Under the pieces are notes generated by a model. The model did not search any database. It was not told where the DNA came from and saw nothing but the letters and a program-made list of their open reading frames with translations. A stretch of 64,000 nucleotides of DNA from the human T2T-CHM13v2.0 reference genome, Homo sapiens: NCBI RefSeq assembly GCF_009914755.1, contig NC_060947.1. One strand, written 5' to 3'. A program made the translations under genes and the position numbers. Positions 43,966-57,056 of the stretch are shown in pieces; position 1 is the first letter of the stretch; every line of letters starts with the position of its first letter.

Positions 43966-44224
43966 TCCAGTCTCCCTAGGGTTTATACCAGCTGCCCCAA
44001 GAAGGAGGCATATAAAGCACTAGCATAGCTCAGGCAGAAGCAACAGCTCACAGACCTAAAGCTAACAATGAAGAAATCCATACATGTTACAGCCCAAAGC
44101 TGAATACCAGCTAATGTCTATGTCTGGGAAGAGCAGTTAGAGTTCATTAATTGAGTTGCTGGTAACACTGCCATTCTCAAGGCTAATTATCCTTAATTGG
44201 AGTTGTCTACTTTGATAATAAGCA

Positions 44225-45780
44225 TTTAGTTTCCTTCCATTCAATTTAACAATATTCCAGGCACTATGCTAGACACTTTGGAGAATACCATACTTTAAAG
44301 AGCTCAATGTTTAGGCATGAGATCAGCCTGATATGTAGATAACTCAAACTTAAGGCAGAAGGTAATGAGTGCAGTAGAGAATTATATGCACTAGCATATA
44401 GTGTTAGAGCAGAGATTAATTCTGCCTGGGAGTGGGGGGAGTTGGATGGAGTTGTATAGAAGAAACAATATTTGAGCTAGAATTTAGGAGAATGGAGTAA
44501 AATTTCCATGGGTAGGAGAAAGGCATTCCAGGCAGAGGAAACATCAGCAAGTGATTGAAAGCCTACAAATGCAGAGCATAAATAATTATCTATGTACTCA
44601 CTTGTTTATTTCATTTATCCATTAATTTAGCAAATATTTATTGAGCACCTATTATGTCCCAGGCATCCTCCTAGGTGCTTTAGATATAACAGTGAACAAA
44701 TCAAATTCCCTGTACTCAGGGAGTTTATATTCTAGAGGACTGGGATGGATTATAAACAAAGAAACAAACAAATATGTAATTTGTTAGGTAGTAATAAATG
44801 CTTTGAAGAAAAATAAAGCATAATAAGGGGTAGAGTGTGATGGGGAAGAGGTTCTGTCATTTTATATAGAGTGATCAGGGAAGTCATCTCTGCTAAGGTG
44901 CCAGTTGAATAGAGACTTGAATGAGATGAAGGAGTGCATAAAATACATATCCAATGGAAGAACATTTTATTAAATAGATGGGGAAAATAGCAAGTGGAAA
45001 TACCTTGTGGCAAGAGTATGTTTTCTATGTTCTAAGGATCAAGACCTGAGCAACAAGAAGACTAAAATCACCATTTACCAAAATTGGGAAGCCTGAGATA
45101 GAGGCAGCCTTGGAATTTATGGAGGATCTGGAGTTTGGTTTGGAGTATATTAGGTTTAACATGTTTATTAGATATCCAGGTGTAGGTAACCAATAGGCAA
45201 TTGGATATATGAATCTGTAGTTTAGGAGAGATATCCAGTCTGGAGCTAAAAACTGGGGAGCTGATGGCTCATCAATTATATTTAACATCATGAAACTGGA
45301 TGAGATCGTAAAGGAGCAACTGAAGATAGAGTCATGGTCTAAGGACTGAGCTCCAAGGTACTCTAACGTTAAGCATTTGGATCAATGATCAGAAGCCAAT
45401 GAAAGAGATTTGAAATAAATCATGAGTAGAGAGGTTTTCCAAAGTGAAAGCAAGAAGTAACAAGGCTCAGAATTACAGCCTGGCATTGGGGATATAGAAA
45501 TGGGCTAAGGATCGGGTGTGGAGGGCACCAGGTTGGGGACGTGTAAAGGAGAGAGAAGGTCATGGGAGGCCTCATGGGTATTATTTTGGCTCACAGAACT
45601 TGGTAGATAATGGTGCCATTAGCTAATACAGGGGATATGAGCAGAAAAGAACTAGCTTGAGCAGAGGAAATAAGAGGAGTTGGGGAAATGTTGAGTTCAG
45701 TTTGTGATATTTGAGTTTGAGATTTTTGTAAGGCATTCAAGAAGAGAAATCAGATTGACATTTGTAAATGCAAGATCTCT
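44225..45780 (-). mobile_element. Cluster of L2 fragments
   Basis: Two L2 3' ends (44235 ccattcaatttaacaata; 44610 tcatttatccattaatttagcaaatatttattgagcacc) and L2 body phrases. Confidence 0.7.
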
Positions 45781-45899
45781 AGAACATAAAAACTGGCATT
45801 GTTTCTTCAGCCACTAACCACTGTGTGTTTGTCACTCAATTTCATAACATGGTGTCCACTGATGAGTGAGGGCTGGAGGAGAGACATACTTAGTAAGGA

Positions 45900-46105
45900 G
45901 GAGATTCAAATTTCTGAATCTACTCTGCCACACACTAGATGTGAGACCTTGGGACAGTCATGTCATCTCTCTGAGCCTAGGTTTCCTCATTGGTAAATGG
46001 AGACAATATTAATACCTCATGGGTTGTTTTGGGGATTAAATGAGATAATGCATGGAAAAAATCTTGAGAGAAGTAAGTGCATACAAAATTTTGGTTGAGT
46101 GAAAC
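45900..46105 (+). mobile_element. MIR
   Basis: gagaccttgggacagtca...ctctgagcctaggtttcctcattggtaaatgg...ggattaaatgagataatgcat. Confidence 0.8.
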
Positions 46106-46715
46106 TATGAATAAAACAATAGTTTGAGCACCTCCCAGGGGAACCAGGAAATTCCAGATGGGGAGGTGCAAGTCAGACAAGGCATATCTGGGACATAAGT
46201 GGGAAGTGGGAGTAGAAAGGACCTTTCTGGAAGTTCCTGGTGTTTCCCTAGAGACTCTAGAAGTTTAAGAGGTGGCCTTCAGGAAGGGCTACTGGGAAGT
46301 CACCTGCTTGTCTGGGCTTCGGGCAGACCTGCCCTTGAGATGTCTGTGCCAATTCCTCCAGGAGGGGAGCTGTCTCTGGGGACTAGGTGGGGCTCAGAAA
46401 AGGGATAAGAGGCCAGAAACTGAGGGCTTGTGGGCTGAGCAGATCTGAAGTGGGTTAGTCATTGACTGGGCTGGGGCAGATGGAGATACAGAAAAAGGGA
46501 AAGGATAAAAGGAGTATAACATCACAGCAATAATGTAAGAAACAGTGCATGTGTATGTGATGGGGTGAAGAGGTTGAGTGACAGAGACTGGAAATAGAAT
46601 GAGAAAGCAATCAGCACTACAGCAGTGCCTGTCAGAGCCTAGCAGAGGGCCTGACACTCAATTGGTAGGCAGTATTTGTTGAATGAATGTATGAATGGAG
46701 CAGGGGGCAGGCTGG

Positions 46716-46717
<2 letters not shown>

Positions 46718-46760
<43 letters not shown>
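46718..46760. repeat. (GA)n microsatellite
   Basis: Seen directly in the sequence. Confidence 0.97.
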
Positions 46761-46764
<4 letters not shown>

Positions 46765-47664
46765 TATGAGTGGTGGAAGACTGGATCTGTAACTCGACAA
46801 ACATTATTGATCCCCTATCGCCTGCCAGGTACTGAGAAAATAACAGGCTGAAGCACAGCACTGAGTCACAAATAGCTTCAGGCCATAACAGGCTGGCGAC
46901 TGTGTAGAAAGCAATATGGAAAGCAGTCACTGTTCTCAGTTGTCTGAAGTGTCTGAGTGTCCACCAGAAAATCCTTACCCTGCCTGCTTCTGTGGTGATT
47001 TAGTGTCCCTGTACCTACTGTATGTCAAACTCCAGGAAAATCAGCAAGCCTGTTTTAATATCAGTTATCAGTACATTAAACTGGGAAGAAAACTCATTTG
47101 GAATGCCAAGAACTGTCACCTGATTTATGTCTTTTGATTCTTACCAGAATTCTGAAAGGTAGGCATCATGAATCATTCCCATTTTCGATATGACAAACCT
47201 GAGGCTTATAAGTAGAATGGCTTGCTCAAGATCATAGCAGAACCAGGATTCAAACCTAGTTCTCCTATTCATTGGTCTGTTTTCTGTTCTCTCATCCCTG
47301 GCTGCATTCATGAATCCTGTACACATCCAGCCCCAGCACTGCCTCCCAAAGACTGGATAAATGGAAACACACATATCTGAAGTCAGCATATGTTGAACAG
47401 AAGCATATGCTGCACAGGAAGAATCTTGGCTTTAGTATAGATTTTACATCAGGGACTCTAATATAAAAAGGATCCCAGTGCAATTCATTCATACATTCAT
47501 TACTCATTCACTCATTTAATCACATATATTCATATATACTTTGAACATAGGCTGGTCTCATGCTATGTGTCCCAAGTAGTTGTAAGTATAAACAGAAGTC
47601 AGAAATGGTGAGTTACATAGAGAAGTTCTCTCTATTAAGTGATGGGAAAATTAAAGAGAACAAT

Positions 47665-47890
47665 GATAATAGCTAACGTTTATTGCATGCTTACACTGTT
47701 CCAACTACTTCCCGTGGTTTAACTTCTTATATCTTCAAAAATAACTGTATAAGGTATAGGTACCATTATTTTCTCCATTTTATGGTTGGAGAATGGAGAC
47801 CCAGAGAAATTATACAGCTTGCCTAAGGTGACACAGCCAGTTAAGTGGCAGAGCCAGGATTTGAATCCAGGAAGTCTGGCTCCAGAGTTC
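47665..47890 (-). mobile_element. MIR
   Basis: ataatagctaacgtttattg...cttgcctaaggtgacacagccagttaagtggcagagccaggatttgaatccagg. Confidence 0.85.
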
Positions 47891-48425
47891 CCAAAATGAC
47901 AATTCCTGGCTGGGATAAGTGCTATGTTTTCTATCCTCTCTTCTCAATCATCCTGACATTCCTTCTCTGCTCAAAGGAGATCTCTCTCCCTTTTTGTATC
48001 ATTCTCTTTGCCAGTCCATGCTTCTGTTTCTTCTGTTACCCTCACCTAGAGTGACCCTCCACTGCTTTATCCTCCTATCCAAGTCTCTGAATTCTTATGC
48101 TGAAAATATCACTTCCAATGTTGTCAACTTCTTCCTGAAGCTTCACATGAACCCACCTTATCAATGTGAAGTGAATTCTTTCTCTTTCTCTGTAGAGTAA
48201 GTATGTAGCACTTACTATATTCTGCTGATATTTTTGTTTTTATATTATTACTTGTATACTTATATTTCCTTCCTCTCCCCACTGCCAACTAGATTGCATC
48301 TTCCTTAAGAGCTAGGACCATGTCTTGAGTCCTGAAAGTGTTTGGCGTGGTGCTGAGGGGTTGTAGGTGTCTGTTTGTACAGAAGTGAATTATCTGATGC
48401 TTGGTTTCCCAGATATACATGAGCT

Positions 48426-48940
48426 TCATGCAATATGTCTTGGTGTATGAGTCAAAATCACCTGCTTCCTAAAGGGACTTTTCACATCTTTGATGCAAGT
48501 TGTAGAGGTGGTGTGGAGCATAGGTTTGATGATGCCATAGAAGACAACAATGAATTTGTTTATACCTTGGAAAACCTGTGAATGAGATTTTAATAGGCTG
48601 CAAAAGGACCTGGGGAAGAACAGCAGATAACACAAATGCAGTGACCTCAGTTGAAATCCCATGGTGTCAGTATCCTTAGAATAGCCCATAATACTTCCAG
48701 AGGGAGAAGGGATGTTTGGCTGGGGACTTTCTAGTGCTTTTGTCATTTCATAACTATGTTGACATTAAAAAACAAATTTCACCTGAAATTCCCCAATAGA
48801 GCTGGGATGAGGCAGGACATATATAATGGTTTCCTTGGAAAATATTGGTTATATAGAAGATAGGGAATTCTTACTTCTGAACACTGGGAATCACCTTCCA
48901 GCAGATAGTTTCAAAAATGGGGGTGTGGGAGGTGAGAGAC
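48426..48940 (-). pseudogene. Decayed olfactory receptor pseudogene
   Basis: Minus-strand motifs in OR order: SHL/HTP-like (~48916-48936), TIIYV-CLI-QLY (~48795-48830), AILRI (~48672-48686), F...HL...LFF....LK, NKFIVVFYGIIKPML and KDVKSPFRK. These correspond to LHTPMY, TISFxGCxxQ, AILRI, KAFSTCxSHL, DKxxSVFYxxxxPMLNP and NKDVKxAL. Confidence 0.72.
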
Positions 48941-49854
48941 TTTCCTCCCAAGCCATCAAGGAAAGAAAAAAAAAATACTGCTTCAGAAATTTGGGCACTA
49001 TTTGAAGAAAGGAGCTATCTTCCCATGTTTGCCACCAAAAACTTTGCACTAGTCTGACTTAGACTTGAGGAACTATAGTTCTATCTGAATGCAGAATGTA
49101 GAGGAAAAGCTGCCTCTTCATTGAACCAATGAAAAACTGGATATTGGTCATGTTCCAGGACTCTAAACCACGCCTGCTGCCACTTTTACCCTTTGCAGCT
49201 GATTAAATCAACTGCCTAGGACCCACCTTGAGCCATTGTCTGCTGGGTTTCTACATCTTTGATGGAGGTAAATGCTTCTACATGAGTTTATCTCAGGCTC
49301 TAAAGAGCAAAGATTGGTGAGCAGAGACTAATCTGTTCAAATTCTCTCGACTACCTGAGGCTAGGTTATCTGGGGGATCTGGCTTCCAAAGGAGAAATTA
49401 GAACGTAATAGGAACCTCTGTGCAAAACATGTGGAGTGACTGAGGGAAGCTAACGTAAAGGTTAAAAATTCCTTCCTGTTTCTCTTCCTTCTGCTATTTA
49501 ACTCCCTGCAGCCTGTAGCCTCGCAAACTGGTGGATACCCAGTTTACTTATTTTTTGTGATGCAGAGCTCATTAACATACACATGTGGTACATGTCGGAA
49601 AAGCTCTAGCTGTTTCTTATTACTCTATGGAGCCACGCAGAATAAGTTTGAACTTTCTTCAAAATGACAACTTTTCAAATATTCAAGATAGCTCTTATTG
49701 TCCTTCATCACCTAACACCCTGATTATTCAATATCCCCCAACAGATCTACCAAATCTCTGCCCTTCTTTCTAATCTATCCTGCAAAAATGTAATCTCTAT
49801 ACAGGGCCCTTTTATCCCGTTGCTTGCTCCAGAGCCTAAAATGCATTCCATCAG

Positions 49855-51230
49855 GTCTATTAAGGTATATATAGTAAAATTTACTAATTTTTAGGTTTAC
49901 AGTTCTGAGTTTCAGAAAACATACAGTCATTTAACCATCACCACATGAATACATGGAATATTCTCATCAACCCATATCACCCCACTGACAGCCTTTGCAG
50001 TCAGTCCCTCCATCCATTCTCACTCCCACAACCACTAGTTTAATTTCTCTCCCTTTTCTTGAAAGTTAGATAACTGGACCATGGAATATATAGCCGTTTG
50101 TGTCCTTCTTTCACATAGCACAATGCTTTTGAGATTCATACATGTTGTGGCATGTATCAGTAGTTCACTCCTTTCATTGGTAGTATTGCTCCATTCTGTA
50201 AATGTACTACAATTTAATCATCCATTCCATAGTAGATAGAAATTTGGGTTTATCCTTCTTTGTTAGCTATTTTGAGTAAATCTGCTGTAAGTATTTTCAT
50301 GTAAGTCTTTGTTGACGTATGCTATTATTTCTTTTGGATAAATACATAAGGGTGAGGTGGCTGGATCATAAGTTATTTGTTTAAATTCATAAGAAACTAC
50401 TAAACTGTTTTCCAAAGGGGCTATACTATTTTCTTTGCCAACAGCAATGTATATACGTTTTAGTTGCTCTGCAACATCATCAGGTATTGTCAGTAATCTT
50501 TGCTTTGTTTTGTTTTTAACATTCTAGAAAATGTGTATTGCTATTTTACTGTGGGTTTAATATGAATTTCTCTAAAGAAAAATTATATTGGATATCTTGA
50601 ATTGTCTGTTTGAAACTTGTCAAATTTTCTTTGGGTTGTTTGTTTTATTCTTATTGAGCTGTGAGAGTTATTTATATATTCTGGATACAAGTCCTTTATC
50701 AGACATGTGTTCTGAAAATATTTCTGTCTGCCTGTGGCTTGCCTGTTTATTTCCTTAACAGTGCCATTTGAAGAGTAGAGGCTTGGAAAGATAAAGTCAA
50801 ATTTATTAAATTTACTTTTGTTGTCTGTGTTTTTTGAGTCCTTTCTAGGAAATCTTTCCCTAACCCAGATCACATTAAATTTCCCCACAAGTTTTATAGG
50901 TTTTGGTTTAACATTTACAACTATGATCCCTTTGGAGTCAGTTTTTAAATATGGTACAGCTTATAAGTTAAAGCTCATTTTTAGCTTGTGGTGGTCCTAT
51001 TGTTCCAGCATTATTTGCTGAGAATACTATCCTTTCATCACTACTTATTTAGTCACCTTTGTAGAAAATCGGTCGATCATATGTATTTTGGATCTCTTTC
51101 TAGACTCTGTTTTGTTTCATTGATCTATCATTTTTTCTTGACATTGTAACTTTACACTAAGTCTTGGAAGCAAGCAATGTAAGTCTTCCAATGTTGTTAT
51201 TTTTCAAAATTGTATTGGCTATTTTAGACA
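49855..51230 (-). mobile_element. Old L1M (L1MC/ME) 3'UTR and ORF2 end
   Basis: Antisense L1 phrases (ttttgagattcatacatgttgt, tctggatacaagtcctttatcagac). ORF 50583-50888 resembles the L1 C-terminus. Confidence 0.8.
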
Positions 51231-51234
51231 GTAT

Positions 51235-51486
51235 AGCCCAATATAAAACAAGGCCTTTAAAAATTGAAAATCATTTTTAAGGATGATTTCAATCACCATT
51301 TTTCTATATAAATCTAAGTAGATGACTGAAAATCATCATGAGATCTATTTAGAAAAAGGGTAATTATCCCCATCACTTCTCCATTTAACAGTCCAATTTG
51401 GCCTGTTCTTAAACTTGGAAAGGTTGAATGGAACCTCATAATGGCTTATCTCAGCTTTAATTCTTGGTCCCGCCCATTAAGGCCCA
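51235..51486 (+). mobile_element. ERVL-class pol (RT N-terminal) fragment
   Basis: 51357-51461 translates RVIIPITSPFNSPIWPVLKLGKVEWNLIMAYLSFN, matching the retroviral RT motif SPxNSPxWPVxK...WRxxxDYRxLN. Confidence 0.8.
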
Positions 51487-52102
51487 TGTATTAATTTCAT
51501 ATTATTGCTGTAACAAATTACCATAAATTAAAGGGCTTTAAATACCCAACTCTATTATATTACAACTCTGTAGATCAGAAATCTGACTCGGGTTATTATG
51601 TTAATATCAAGGTGTTGACAGAACTGTGTTTCTTTCTAGAATCTCTAGGGGAGAATTTGTTTTCTGGCCCTTTCCAGCCTCTAGAAGCTGTCCTCATTAC
51701 TAGGCTTGTAACCCCTTTACATCTTAAAAACTAGCAATGGCCAGTTGAGTCTTTCTCATGTCACATTGCTGTGATGCTGACTTTTCTTCTGCTTCCCTCT
51801 TCTACATTTAAGGGCCTTGTATATTTATCTGGGTTCACTGGATGATCCAGAATAATTGTCCTATTTTAAGATCACTGGAATACAAAATTTACATTCCATA
51901 TGAAACATTAGTACTTTTTAGCCATCTAACTTTTTCTCTCTATATATATTTATATAGAATGTATTTATATATTATTAATTACATAAATATATTTTATGTA
52001 ATATACTTATATGTTACATATATAATAATATAATATGTATATTCATAGGTTCTGGGGGTTAGGACATGACATCTTTCTGAGACCATTATTTTGCCTACCA
52101 CA
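51487..52102 (-). mobile_element. MLT1 (C/D/E-like) MaLR LTR with an internal AT-rich tract
   Basis: tgtatt...gctgtaacaaattacca...tcaaggtgttgacag...ccattattttgcctaccaca. TA-rich tract at ~51935-52040. Confidence 0.8.
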
Positions 52103-52109
52103 GTCATGA

Positions 52110-55100
52110 TGTATTTTCCTTAGTATATATTGCTAGATTCTGCTTGTTAAGATTTCCTTAAGGCTTTCCACATTTTTGCTCCTGAGGGATATTTTTCTGT
52201 ACTTTTCTTGACTTGTGATGCCCTTGTCCAGTTTTGATATCAGAGTAATGGTGGTGTATTAATGCAATGTTCTGGACAATGTTTCTTAGGCTTATCTTTT
52301 CTGGAAGAGTTTGTTTGTAATTGATGTGATTTTTTTCATTAAATGCTTGGAAGAATTTGCCACTGAAGACACACATGACTGAAGTTTTTGTGTTGTTTCT
52401 GTTTGTTTGTTTGGATGTTTCTAACTATGAATTTAATTTCTGTAGTAGATATAGGACAATTGAAGTTGTTGATTTTTTTCTTGAGTGAGCAACAGTAGTG
52501 CCTTTCAAGGAATTTGTCTATTTCATTTAAATGATCAAATTTATTGGCATAAATTGTTCAAAATAGTCCTTCGTTATATTTTTTAATTTCTGTAAGATCT
52601 GTAGTAATGCCCTTTCTTCCTTTCTAACACTGGTAATTTGTGTCTTCTTTTCTTTCTTCTTGATCCATCTGGCTTGAGGTTCATAAATTTTATTGTTCTT
52701 GTGTGAGAACCAGGCTTTGGCTTCATTAATTTTTATTGCTTTTCTGTTTTTTCTGCCATTGATTTGTAGTCTTTGTATTTTCGTACCTTCTTCCCGCTTT
52801 AGAATCTAATTTTGCTCTTTTTTCTAGTTTCTTAAACTAGACGTTTGGATAATTGATTTAAAAGCTTTCTTCTTTTCTGACATAAGCTTTTTCTGCTAAA
52901 AAATCTTTCTCTAAGCATGTTTTATGTGTGTCCCACATATTTTGATATGTTTTAATTTTCATTAAATTCAACATATTTTATGATTTCATTTATAACTACT
53001 TCTTTGACCCTTTTTTTTTTTTAGAATAGTGTTGTTTACTTTCCACCTAATTATGTATTTCTGGAATAACAATTTCAAGTTTAATTCTGTTGTAGTCAGA
53101 AAATACTTTCTATGACTTCAATTATTTTAAATTTATTGTGTCTCCTGTGGCCCAGAAAATAGGCCATTTTTGTTGAAAGCACCATGTGCACCTGAAACCA
53201 ATACATATTGTACTGTTGGCTGGAGTGTTCTATAAAAGTCAGTTATGTCAATTTTGTTGATAGTGTTGTATAGATCTATATTCTTGTTTATTTTTGTCTA
53301 CTTGTTCTATTATTAAATGAAAGAAAAATGTTGAAGTATCCAACTGTAATAGTGTATTCATCTTTGTTCCCTTTTAGTTCTAACAGTTTTTGCTTAATGT
53401 ATTTTAAAATTCTATAGCTAGGTACACACACATTTAAAATTATGATGTTTTCTTAACAAATTTAATAATGATATATAATTCAATTTGTTAAGAAAACATC
53501 ATAATCATCTCTGGTGGTAATATTACTTATTCTGAAGTGTTCCTGGTGTGATATTAATTAATATAACCATTCCATCTTTCTTTTGGTTAAGATTTACATG
53601 ATATATCTTATTTTTATTTTACTTTTCATCTATTGATGTTTCTTCTAAACAGCATATAGTTGAGTCTTGCTTTTACAGCCAATCTGAAAAGATTGAACTG
53701 TTCTGTGGGTCTTCAGATCATTTACAATTAGTGGAAATATTGATATTGTTACATTTACATCTATACCTTGATAGTTACTTTTTGTTCATCTGATCTTTTC
53801 TTTGTTCATTTATTTTCTTGTTTCCTTTGGAATAAATTGGATAATCTTTATGATTCCAATTTATCTCCTCTATTGACTTGTTTATGCCATTTTTCAAAAT
53901 TTTGTTTATTGGCTTTACTATAGTTTACAATATACATCTTTATTTAATCTAAGCCCAACTTTAAATTATATTATGCAAATTCACATATAGTATAAGAACC
54001 TTACACCAATGTTTACAATTTCTACTTGACATCTATTGTGCCATTGTTGCCATACATTTCGCTTATACGTGTTACAAACCCCACCATATATTGTTACTAT
54101 TTTTTATCTTGAAACTGTCTGTTATCTTTTATCGAGATTAAAATATTCAAAGGATGCCTTTTATGTTTAGTTTTATTTTTACCATTCCTGGCACTTTTCA
54201 TTACTTTCTATAGATCCAAGTTTCCATCTGGTGTCATATATTTTCTGCCTTAATTACTTCCTTTAACATTTCTTATGGCATTTGCTTGCTAGAAGTAAAT
54301 AATCTCAGCTTTTGTTCATCTGAGAAAGTCTTCATTTTCCCTTCATTTTTGAAAAATATTTTCAATAAGTGTAGATTTCTGGGTTGACATATTTTTCTTG
54401 CAATTGTAAAGATGCCACTTAATTGTCTTCTGGATTGCATAGTTTCTGATTCGAAATCCACTGTGACTCTGATTTTGTTCTTCTGTATTTACTGTGTCTT
54501 TTTACCATTAATATTTTTTTTATAGTTGGTTTTCTATCTTTATGTTGGTGTGTGTGAATGTGTGTGTGTTTATTCACAACTTGTTCCTCTCAGCTTCTTG
54601 AATGTGTAGTATATAGTCTTTCATTATTTTTGGAAAATTCTGTCATTATGTTTTCAAATAATTCTGCCAATTTTTTTCTGCCTTCCATTTCTGAGACTTG
54701 AATTACTTGTATTTTAGTCAACTATGTATTGTCTTACAGCTTTTTGATACTTATTCTTTTTACTTTTCTTTCTTTTGCATTGTAGTTTGGATAATTTATA
54801 ATGACCTATCCTCAAGTTTACTATTCTTTCTTTGACTGTATTATGACTACTGGGAGAGGGACAGGAAATCCCTCCATCAAATTTATTTATTAATAACTTA
54901 TTTTGACTTTTTTATTTATTAACAGCTCCATCAAAGCAATTATTCATCTGTATAATTTTATTACAGCATTACTTTCTTATTGTGGGGTTTTTAAATTTTC
55001 TAGCATTTCCATTTCACTTTTTCTTAGTGTTTTGATTGCTATGCTAAAATTTCCCATCTGTTCATACATGCATTTCCATATTTTCTGCTAGATCTGTTAT

Positions 55101-56200
55101 CATATTAATTGTAGGTATTTTAAAGTCTCTTATGTAATCTTTCCAATATTTGCACCATCTCTAAATCAGGTTTGATTGATTGCTTTATTTCCTGGCAATC
55201 GATGATTTTTTATTGCCTTTGTTTTTGTACCTTATTTTTTATTTAATGTCATACAATGTGTATAGAGGAATAGTAGAGACTAAGGTAAATAGTAGCTATA
55301 CCTGGAAATGGCCTTCAGTCTTCTTCTATAAGGCTTTTTAATTATGAAATTGAGCCAACCCACTCAGGAGTTGAGCAAGCCTTGGGATTTGTGCTATCAT
55401 TACCATCAGTACACCACAGGTTTTAAATTCTCTTAGTGGACTGCTGCTGCTACCATATGCTTGGAATTAAAATTGTATCTAGAGAGTTTTTCTCAGTGTT
55501 TCTAGTTCCCCTTCAGCTTTCAGCTGCTCTTGCATGCCTGGGCCACAGAGGGGACTCTCTCTCCATGTTCTTGCCCTTCCTCCAATAGTAAAATGCTTTT
55601 GCTTGTTATTTGGTGCTCACTGCTCATAGGGAAATGGCATGTTCTCTGTTATGGTCCGGTCTCAATCTCTAGCAGGACTTGCACACATGAGCTTCAGAAA
55701 TGGGGCTTAGTAGTGTTCCTCACAGTGGCAATGAAACTCTGCTTTGTAACTGTGGTTGTTCTTGAATAGGAATTTCCTGTCCCTCTCGCAGTAGTAGCAA
55801 ACCTATGTTTGGTATGTTTGTAGGATCCTGTGCCTAAGAAAGTTCTCTGCCCCTTCTCTGGAGGAGAGGGTTTTGCTTATATTCTTTCCCCAGGAAAGAT
55901 TTTTCTTGAGTCCTGGGTGCAAGAGAGTTTATACTCTCCCTCAGAGGGTTTATAACCTTTCCTCAGAGGCAGACACGTTTTGGTTCTACTACTCCCCAGA
56001 AGTAATAAGATTTTTGACTGTCATGGGAGTGAGGGGAGTCCCTGTCCTATCCCTAGCATCTTAAGTCTTTTGCTTCATAGGAGAGAAGAGTCTGAGAAAG
56101 CTGACAGGGAAGCCCTTCCCCCAAACTTGAACACCCAGTGTAGGCATATGGAAAATTGCATGTATGTGAATGCAAACTCCCCTTGTGTCAGAAACAACCA
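52110..56200 (-). mobile_element. Old L1M ORF2 5' part, ORF1 and 5' region
   Basis: ORF 54273-54461 (ETMQSRRQ...CQPR...FKNEGKMKTFSDEQKLR) is an L1 ORF1 C-terminus. Antisense ORF2 phrases at 52110-53700. The 5' boundary is approximate. Confidence 0.75.
53439..53505. repeat. Perfect 24-bp inverted repeat with a 19-nt spacer
   Basis: ATTATGATGTTTTCTTAACAAATT (53439-53462) and AATTTGTTAAGAAAACATCATAAT (53482-53505). Confidence 0.95.
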
Positions 56201-57010
56201 GCAACTGTATATTGACATACTATTTCAAACTCTTCCCTAACCTGTATCTTATGTTGAAATTAAGGCAGTCTTTTCATTGTTCCCATACACGGGTTCGAAC
56301 CTGTTCTGTATTTCTTTATGCTGCCCCTCTTGCATGGAAAGCCCTCTTCCTTTTTATATAAATTCCCAAATCATTCCTAGTCAAGCTCAACTCTAATTTC
56401 TTCCTTGGTAATTCCAGCCAACTTTAATTTCTCCCTTGTTGGTATCTCTTATAACTTATTTTTAACCTATTATTGCCTCCAATTTACAAAAGGACATTAA
56501 AATGTGTACAATTTAGTGCTTTATTCCACTGTATTATATTATTCTCTTATTGTGTCGCAAGACCTAGCCAGATGTACAGTAGGTTCCTACTGTCCTAGCA
56601 ATAAACTTTAGTTAGAAAAAAATGTATTAACCTCCTCTTGTGTAACATTGACTGCAATAACAAAATAAACACAGCTATTCCAGCTTCTTTTGATTAGTGT
56701 TTGTATGGCATTAGCCCATTAGCAGATTAGTTTGACAAATTAGCTCTGAAAGGCAGTGTAATGCTGCAGAAAGAGCTTGCACATTTAAAGTCCAATGGCT
56801 CTGAATTGCAATCTTGGCTCCACCGTTTATCGGCTGTGGGATTTATGGCAAATTATGTAACTTCTCCTGAAGATTAAATGAGATAATATTGTCTACTGGG
56901 CATAGAGAAGATGGTCTAGGATGAAGAGACATAAAATGGGTTGTTTTCTGGGGACAAGAGAGGGCAAAATTCTGGAATGTAGTTTGAAAAGGGTAAAGCC
57001 AAAATAGGAC

Positions 57011-57012
<2 letters not shown>

Positions 57013-57053
<41 letters not shown>
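57013..57053. repeat. (GT)n microsatellite between MIR fragments (~56750-56895 and ~57105-57350)
   Basis: Seen directly; MIR core phrases flank it. Confidence 0.9.

Positions 57054-57056
<3 letters not shown>

Noticed and set aside
49575-49612. Minus-strand RAFPTCTT resembling the OR motif KAFSTC
   Set aside because: It is isolated and out of order relative to the OR relic at 48.4-48.9 kb.
54870-54935. Short scrambled duplication (ctccatcaaa and tttatttattaa, each twice)
   Set aside because: Short, AT-rich and within an old L1; likely trivial slippage.
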